From the sequence record DRR378314_166: DNA of 64,000 bases, one strand, 5' to 3'. Below, piece after piece: positions 58,925 through 64,000 of the stretch. The notes under the pieces were generated by a model that saw only the letters and a program-made list of their open reading frames with translations, did not search any database and was not told where the DNA came from. Every line of letters begins with the position of its first letter. The stretch's first letter is position 1. A program made the position numbers and the translations under genes.

Positions 58925-60641
58925 TCCCATTACCTTGTCGGTCATCCAGAACGGTTTGATCCAGGTCTGCAATGAAATGGATTTAGCCTTCGTTCGGGCT
59001 GCTTTCAGTCCGGTGATTTCGGAGGCGCTGGACCGCTCCGACGGGATCTATGCGGCAAACAACGGGGAATTGATCGCACAGGGCGAACTGGGCCTGCCCG
59101 TCTTTGTTGGCACCATGCAGTTTTCCACCCAAGCCGTGATCGAGCGGGCGAAGGATATTAAGCCCGGCGACATCTATATTGTTAATGATCCGTATTTGGG
59201 TGGCACCCACCTGATGGATGTAAAATTTGTGAAGCCGTTTTACTACAAGGGAAAACTATGGTCCTGGCTGGCCAATACAGGGCATTGGCCAGATCTAGGT
59301 GGATCTGTTCCGGGCGGCTTTTCCGCGAATGCGACGGAGGTTGAGCAAGAAGGACTTCGCTTGCCACCTGTTAAGCTTTTTAAGGAAGGGGAACTGGATC
59401 CGGAAATTCTGTCGATTATTCTTTCCAATATTCGAATTTCCGATCAACGCATTGGAGACATAAAGGCACAGGCCGCGGCGTTGACGGTTGGGGAAAACCG
59501 ATTGACGGCCCTTTTGGATAAATATGGTGAAGAGACGGTTCGTCATGCAATTGGGGAGTTGAAAAGCCGTGCAGAAGACCAGATGCGGCTCAAGATCCGG
59601 CAAATCCCCGATGGTCGTTATCAGGGACAGTCATTTGTCGACTCTGACGGTGTTGTGGATGAGCCGTTGGAAATTAATCTGGATGTTGAGGTCAAAGGAG
59701 ATGAAATGCTTTTTGATCTATCCAGATCGAGTCCACCCTGCATGGGGCCGATGAATTCAGTGTTGGCAACAACAAAATCATCTATCTATCTGGCCATAAA
59801 GCATATTTTCCCAGAAATTCCGATTAATTCAGGAACCTTCGCACCGCTGGTCGTCAAGGATCCGGACGGTACGTTTTTATATGCCAAATATCCGCGTCCA
59901 GTCTCCGGTTGTGCCGCCGAGGTCAGTCAGCGGATCGCAGAAGCCGTTTTTAACGCCCTTGTCGATGTGATGCCAACAGAGCTTTTCGCGGCCCCGGCCG
60001 GGACTTCTGGCAATTTAGCGGTTGGCGGGTATGATCCGGAAAAAGAAAAATCCTTCGTCATGTATGTCATTTCCGGTGGCGGATATGGCGGGTATCTGGA
60101 TGGCGACGGCCTAACCAATGGATGTTCGACCATTGGAATTTCAAAAACCACACCAATTGAAGTGATGGAGCAATATTACCCGGTTTTGTTTGAAGAATAT
60201 TCATTGCATGAAGGTTCTGGTGGTGCCGGTGAATTTCGCGGGGGTTTTGGTGTGAATTATACCCTGACCCTCAAACGGGGGGAGGCGCGGGCGTCCATGG
60301 TTATGGATCATGGCCGATTTGGGCCAAAGGGTGCGCTAGGCGGCAAGGATGGGGGAACTAATAAAGTTCGTATCTTTGCCGGGGGTGAAGATTATATACC
60401 GCCGCATTTGTCCAAAGATCAGAATATTCGGATCACCGCCGGAGATAAAATTTTTATCTCGACCCCTGGCGGCGGCGGGTATGGCAATCCATATGATCGC
60501 AATCCGCAAAAAGTCGCGGAGGATGTGCAGCGCGGCTATTATACCGTTGCAGAGGCCAAGGATCTATTCAAGGTGGCTTTGCACCTGGATAGTTTATTTG
60601 TCGATGAAACTGAGACACAAGTGTTGAGAGCTGGATCTTAG
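58911..60641 (+). CDS. hydantoinase B/oxoprolinase subunit
   Basis: DPIT..VI, R.AFS..I.E..D, NDPY.GGTHL.D, H..D.GG..PG, GSGG.G..RGG.G and TPGGGGYG motifs. Overlaps the A subunit. Confidence 0.93.
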   Translation: MKQIDPITLSVIQNGLIQVCNEMDLAFVRAAFSPVISEALDRSDGIYAANNGELIAQGELGLPVFVGTMQFSTQAVIERAKDIKPGDIYIVNDPYLGGTHLMDVKFVKPFYYKGKLWSWLANTGHWPDLGGSVPGGFSANATEVEQEGLRLPPVKLFKEGELDPEILSIILSNIRISDQRIGDIKAQAAALTVGENRLTALLDKYGEETVRHAIGELKSRAEDQMRLKIRQIPDGRYQGQSFVDSDGVVDEPLEINLDVEVKGDEMLFDLSRSSPPCMGPMNSVLATTKSSIYLAIKHIFPEIPINSGTFAPLVVKDPDGTFLYAKYPRPVSGCAAEVSQRIAEAVFNALVDVMPTELFAAPAGTSGNLAVGGYDPEKEKSFVMYVISGGGYGGYLDGDGLTNGCSTIGISKTTPIEVMEQYYPVLFEEYSLHEGSGGAGEFRGGFGVNYTLTLKRGEARASMVMDHGRFGPKGALGGKDGGTNKVRIFAGGEDYIPPHLSKDQNIRITAGDKIFISTPGGGGYGNPYDRNPQKVAEDVQRGYYTVAEAKDLFKVALHLDSLFVDETETQVLRAGS

Positions 60642-61606
60642 ACCGATTTTCGAGCTTTGCGGATCCACTCAATCAGGCTGGCGATCAGTCCTTTGGGTAA
60701 TAGTACAACACTGATCATGAAAAGGATCCCAAGAATGAGGATCCAGTAATCGCCAAAGATTTCTGACAACCAGCTTTCGGTTAACCGGGTCAGGACTGCG
60801 CCCAAAAAGGCAGCAATCAAAACTTCTTTTCCGCCAATGGCAACCCAGATTAAGACTTCTGTTGAAAGTCCAAAGCCGATCAGTGTGGGGGAGGCAAAAC
60901 CATCAATAGTGACAAATAAAGCCCCGGCAAGGGCCGCGATTGCAGCGCTGAGGCAAAAAATTTGCAAGCGAATAGTGAGTGGCCGAAATCCAAAATATGG
61001 CAGACGATCCGGGTTTGTTCGTAGCGCAATCAGTTTTAAGCCGGTGTCTGATTGGGTCAGCCAGCCAAGCCCTAAGGCAATGGTGAAGACAATGCTCCAG
61101 AGTATGTAGAAAGTCGGCAGGCTATCCCAGATTTCAATCGGATCGCCAAAGAGTGCGAGATTAATTGGCGGGATATCCAGAAGGCCGTTATAGCCACCCA
61201 GAGCATACCAATTGCTCATTAACCGCTCCAGCACCATGGCGATGGCAAGCGTGATAATCGCAAGATAGGCCCCGTGAATCCCTTTGCCTGCGAATAGAAA
61301 ATATCCCAATAAGGCTGCAAAGGCGGCGCCCGCCATCATGGCCAGAACAAGGCCAAGATAAAAACTGGTGGGCAGCGGATCAAGCATGCCCTTTGTCGTC
61401 ACTGCCATGACATAGGCGCCAATTCCAAAAAAGATCGCCTGTCCCAGACATAAGATGCCGCCATAGCCCCAGGTCAGTGACAGGGACATCGCGAAGAGAC
61501 CGTAAATTAGGTAGTAGTTAAGCTGACTGGTCCAATAATCAGAGGTGACCAGTGGCAGCAACCCCATAACAGCAAAGACGATCAGGATCGGAATGTTATT
61601 TTTCAC
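60638..61606 (-). CDS. Urt/Liv-type ABC transporter permease (LivM/UrtC-like)
   Basis: WGYGG.L.LGQA.FFG.GAY, Y.AIITLA, GG.NG and WVAIGG motifs. Confidence 0.88.
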   Translation of the reverse strand: MKNNIPILIVFAVMGLLPLVTSDYWTSQLNYYLIYGLFAMSLSLTWGYGGILCLGQAIFFGIGAYVMAVTTKGMLDPLPTSFYLGLVLAMMAGAAFAALLGYFLFAGKGIHGAYLAIITLAIAMVLERLMSNWYALGGYNGLLDIPPINLALFGDPIEIWDSLPTFYILWSIVFTIALGLGWLTQSDTGLKLIALRTNPDRLPYFGFRPLTIRLQIFCLSAAIAALAGALFVTIDGFASPTLIGFGLSTEVLIWVAIGGKEVLIAAFLGAVLTRLTESWLSEIFGDYWILILGILFMISVVLLPKGLIASLIEWIRKARKSV

Positions 61607-62453
61607 TGCGGCCCCCCAGAATACCCTCAGGTCGCATGCGGATAATCAGGATTGCCAGAATGAAAACGGCAATCTGAGCCGCAACCGGCGAAATCCAGAC
61701 AGTGAGGAGACTGTTGGTGCCGCCAACTGCGGCGCCACCAACCAGAACACCCGCAAGTGGGCCAGCTCCGCCCACCAGAATGGAGAGAAATCCTGGAACC
61801 AGATATCCAAGACCCATTTGCGGATCGACGCTGATCGTCGGCGCGATCAGGGCACCAGCCAGCCCCGCCAACGCCGTTCCAATTACAAAGCTCCATCGAT
61901 ACATTCGCCTGGTATTGATGCCAAGGGTCGCTGCGGTATCGGGCCGGGCAATAACCGCCCGGGCTTTCAAGCCAAAATCAGTTTTCAAAAATAACCAGAA
62001 TGTGCCGCCGATCAGAAGCGCGGCAATTCCCATGATAATCAGCCGGTAAAGGGGATAGCTAAAGTCACCGATCGTTAAAGACGTGCTGAGCGGGGTGACA
62101 ACACTTTGGGCTTCGGGGCCAAAAGTGAGGACAATGGCCTGTTTGAGAGCAATGGACAAACCCCATGTGGCAAGGATGGTGTCCAGCGGGCGCAGATAAA
62201 TATGGCGGATGAGAAAATATTCGATGACGAAACCAATAGCCCCAACAACAAGCGGCGCCAACAGGACACCGATCCAGAAGGGCAGCCCGATTGTTTGCGC
62301 CATCACCATCACATATGCCCCCAGCATAAACAGCTCCCCATGGGCCATATTGATAACCCCCATCATGCCAAACACGATCATGAGGCCAAGAGCGATGAGA
62401 ACCAGGATAAGGATATAAGAGGTCGCATCAACCAGAGGGATGAGAATATCCAT
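61596..62453 (-). CDS. Urt/Liv-type ABC transporter permease (LivH/UrtB-like)
   Basis: ALGL..VFG.MGVINMAHGE..MLGAY, RPLDT.LATWG and G...RA motifs. Start ATG 62453. Confidence 0.9.
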   Translation of the reverse strand: MDILIPLVDATSYILILVLIALGLMIVFGMMGVINMAHGELFMLGAYVMVMAQTIGLPFWIGVLLAPLVVGAIGFVIEYFLIRHIYLRPLDTILATWGLSIALKQAIVLTFGPEAQSVVTPLSTSLTIGDFSYPLYRLIIMGIAALLIGGTFWLFLKTDFGLKARAVIARPDTAATLGINTRRMYRWSFVIGTALAGLAGALIAPTISVDPQMGLGYLVPGFLSILVGGAGPLAGVLVGGAAVGGTNSLLTVWISPVAAQIAVFILAILIIRMRPEGILGGRSEK

Positions 62454-62454
62454 T

Positions 62455-63159
62455 TCAGACTCCCAAATACCGGTGTGCAAGATCAGGGTCGGATTTGAAA
62501 GTCTGCGCAGGAACTATTTCCTTAATCTCCCCATTTTCCAAAAACTGAACTTCATCGGCCATCGCCTGCACCATTGTTATATTCTGTTCGACCATCAGAA
62601 TAGTAAGGCCCGTCTCACTGGCAATCGTTTTTAAACTTGTACCGATTTCCTGAACGATGCTGGGCTGAATCCCCTCTGTCGGTTCATCCAGAAGAAGGAT
62701 GTCGGGATCGGTCAGAAGGGCCCGGGCGATGGCAAGAATTTGTTGCTGACCGCCGGAGAAGGTGCCTGCTTTTTGGGATAATCGTTCTTTTAAAATTGGA
62801 AACCAGCCGTAAATCTGATCCAGATTTTGCAGGTTGCTCAAGTCGGAGCCGAGGGCGGCCAGGCGTAAATTGTCGGCAACTGTAAATTGCTCAAAGATTT
62901 CCCGGCCTTGCGGTACATATCCGATCCCGAGCTGTGCAATCTGATGTGTCTTGAGATGCTCCAGATGGGCACCGGCAAAAGAGATGGAGCCTTGTTGCGT
63001 GGGAAGTAGTCCCATAATTGTTTTCATCAATGTGGTTTTGCCCATGCCATTCCGGCCCATGATCGCGGTGATTTTTCCTTGTTTCACCTGTGTTGAGAGG
63101 CCTTTGAGGATCATAGCTTCACCATAACCGGAAATCAGACCCTGAACATCAAGCATCAT
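62455..63159 (-). CDS. ABC ATP-binding protein (LivF/UrtE-like)
   Basis: GRNGMGKTT, YVPQGREIF, SGGQQQ.LAIARAL and LDEPTEGIQP motifs. Start ATG 63159 with GGAGG RBS. Confidence 0.92.
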   Translation of the reverse strand: MMLDVQGLISGYGEAMILKGLSTQVKQGKITAIMGRNGMGKTTLMKTIMGLLPTQQGSISFAGAHLEHLKTHQIAQLGIGYVPQGREIFEQFTVADNLRLAALGSDLSNLQNLDQIYGWFPILKERLSQKAGTFSGGQQQILAIARALLTDPDILLLDEPTEGIQPSIVQEIGTSLKTIASETGLTILMVEQNITMVQAMADEVQFLENGEIKEIVPAQTFKSDPDLAHRYLGV

Positions 63160-63886
63160 AAGTGCCTCCTGTTCCGAAATAGAGGTCCTGGACTTCCCGG
63201 TCATTGCGGATGCTGGCAAATGATCCGGACTTTAGAACCTGCCCTTTGCTCATAACCGTTAAGGGACAATTCAACTGCTCGATAAATGAAATGTCATGCT
63301 CGATAACGATGACCGTCAAATTTTGGGTCCTGGTCAATTTCTGGATTAATCCGGCAGTTGCTTCGGTTTCACCAACGGTCATGCCGGCGGTCGGTTCATC
63401 CAGTAAAAAAAGTTGTGGGGATTGCAACAAAACCATGCCGATTTCCAGCCATTGTTTCTCCCCATGAGACAGGTGGCTGGCAACAATATCTTGTTTATGG
63501 GTTAGGTTTATCAGGTCCAGTATTTCGTCTGGATTGGTTTTTGGAAAATCAGAGGCGAGATGATGCGGGGCGAGGATGGGTATCCGAAGGTTCTGTGCGA
63601 CGGTTAAATCCAGAAAGAGGGAAGGCACCTGAAATTTTCGTCCAACCCCCAATTTGGCAATCTGCTGGGTGCTAAGGGTGGTGAGATCTGTTCCCCGTAG
63701 GCGGATTGCGCCTTCGTCAGCCGAAAATGTCCCGCTGATCAAGTTAAACAGGGTTGATTTGCCGCAGCCATTAGGTCCGATAATGGCGGTTGTACTCCCT
63801 TCGTCTATGGACAGGGAAAACTGATCAACGGCGGTTAATCCACCGAATCTTTTTGATAACGACTCTATTTCAAGAAAAGGCATCAT
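63149..63886 (-). CDS. ABC ATP-binding protein (LivG/UrtD-like)
   Basis: FGGL.AV, GPNG.GKST, RKFQ.P, LSHGEKQWLEIGM, DEP.AGM and IEHD motifs. Start probably ATG 63886. Confidence 0.92.
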   Translation of the reverse strand: MMPFLEIESLSKRFGGLTAVDQFSLSIDEGSTTAIIGPNGCGKSTLFNLISGTFSADEGAIRLRGTDLTTLSTQQIAKLGVGRKFQVPSLFLDLTVAQNLRIPILAPHHLASDFPKTNPDEILDLINLTHKQDIVASHLSHGEKQWLEIGMVLLQSPQLFLLDEPTAGMTVGETEATAGLIQKLTRTQNLTVIVIEHDISFIEQLNCPLTVMSKGQVLKSGSFASIRNDREVQDLYFGTGGTYDA

Positions 63887-63906
63887 TTTTATCAACACTG
63901 TAAGTA

Positions 63907-63934
63907 GACAAACAGAAAACAAGTCCTGTTTGTC
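63907..63934. promoter_or_regulatory. inverted repeat upstream of the ABC operon
   Basis: GACAAACAG-N10-CTGTTTGTC (perfect 9-bp arms), 20 bp upstream of the first ATPase start. Confidence 0.45.
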
Positions 63935-64000
63935 AGTACTCAAATAGTTATAATTGTTAGTGTGCAAAAAGCTTTGCCTGTTTTTTAAACAAAATCGCAA

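Noticed and set aside
63961-63980. Sigma-54 promoter on the minus strand (CAGGCAAAGCTTTTTGCA)
   Set aside because: The GG-to-GC spacing is 11 nt, not the required 10.
1-64000. Many 60-280 aa ORFs antisense or out of frame to the called genes (e.g. 2810-3652 -, 6340-7071 -, 19106-19789 -, 31901-32503 -)
   Set aside because: They lie within well-supported genes and show no recognisable motifs, so they are treated as shadow ORFs.
1-64000. Mobile elements, prophage, CRISPR, defence systems, rRNA, tRNA
   Set aside because: I saw no transposase, integrase, nuclease or phage proteins, no spaced repeat array and no RNA-gene-like segment. Intergenic gaps are all under about 360 bp. Small RNAs cannot be excluded by eye.

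Overview
A gene-dense window of core and accessory metabolism from a moderate-GC alphaproteobacterium, probably marine. The taxon is inferred only from gene content and protein style. I found no rRNA, tRNA, CRISPR array, transposase, integrase or phage gene. In order it contains: the end of phoU and phoB; mlaC-mlaA; a SahR-type regulator with metF and metH; YHS, cyclodeaminase-family and class III cyclase genes; a lone rfbA facing cysD-cysNC; a MocR/DJ-1 pair; pqiA-pqiA-pqiB-pqiC followed by a phosphonate-monoester-hydrolase-like sulfatase; several lipid and redox enzymes; and a PleC/DivJ-like orphan kinase. Three catabolic blocks follow. (i) A gamma-glutamylation cluster (GS-like ligase, GATase, DeoR, ALDH, Fe-ADH) interrupted by a TauR-like regulator and a TauD dioxygenase. 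(ii) A 2-aminoethylphosphonate (AEP) cluster (DMT, LysR, ABC transporter, pbfA, phnW, Na/Pi transporter, GNAT) with no phnX, phnY or phnA. (iii) A nicotinate cluster (Mo-hydroxylase, 6-hydroxynicotinate reductase, ApbE-like UPF0280, DUF1185) with an ATP-dependent hydantoinase/oxoprolinase pair where an enamidase would be expected. A partial Urt/Liv-type ABC operon ends the window. The best leads for undescribed biology are a possible gamma-glutamyl-taurine route to glycine and an enamidase-independent nicotinate ring opening. Both are inferences from gene context. All family calls come from motif recognition by eye; no searches were run.
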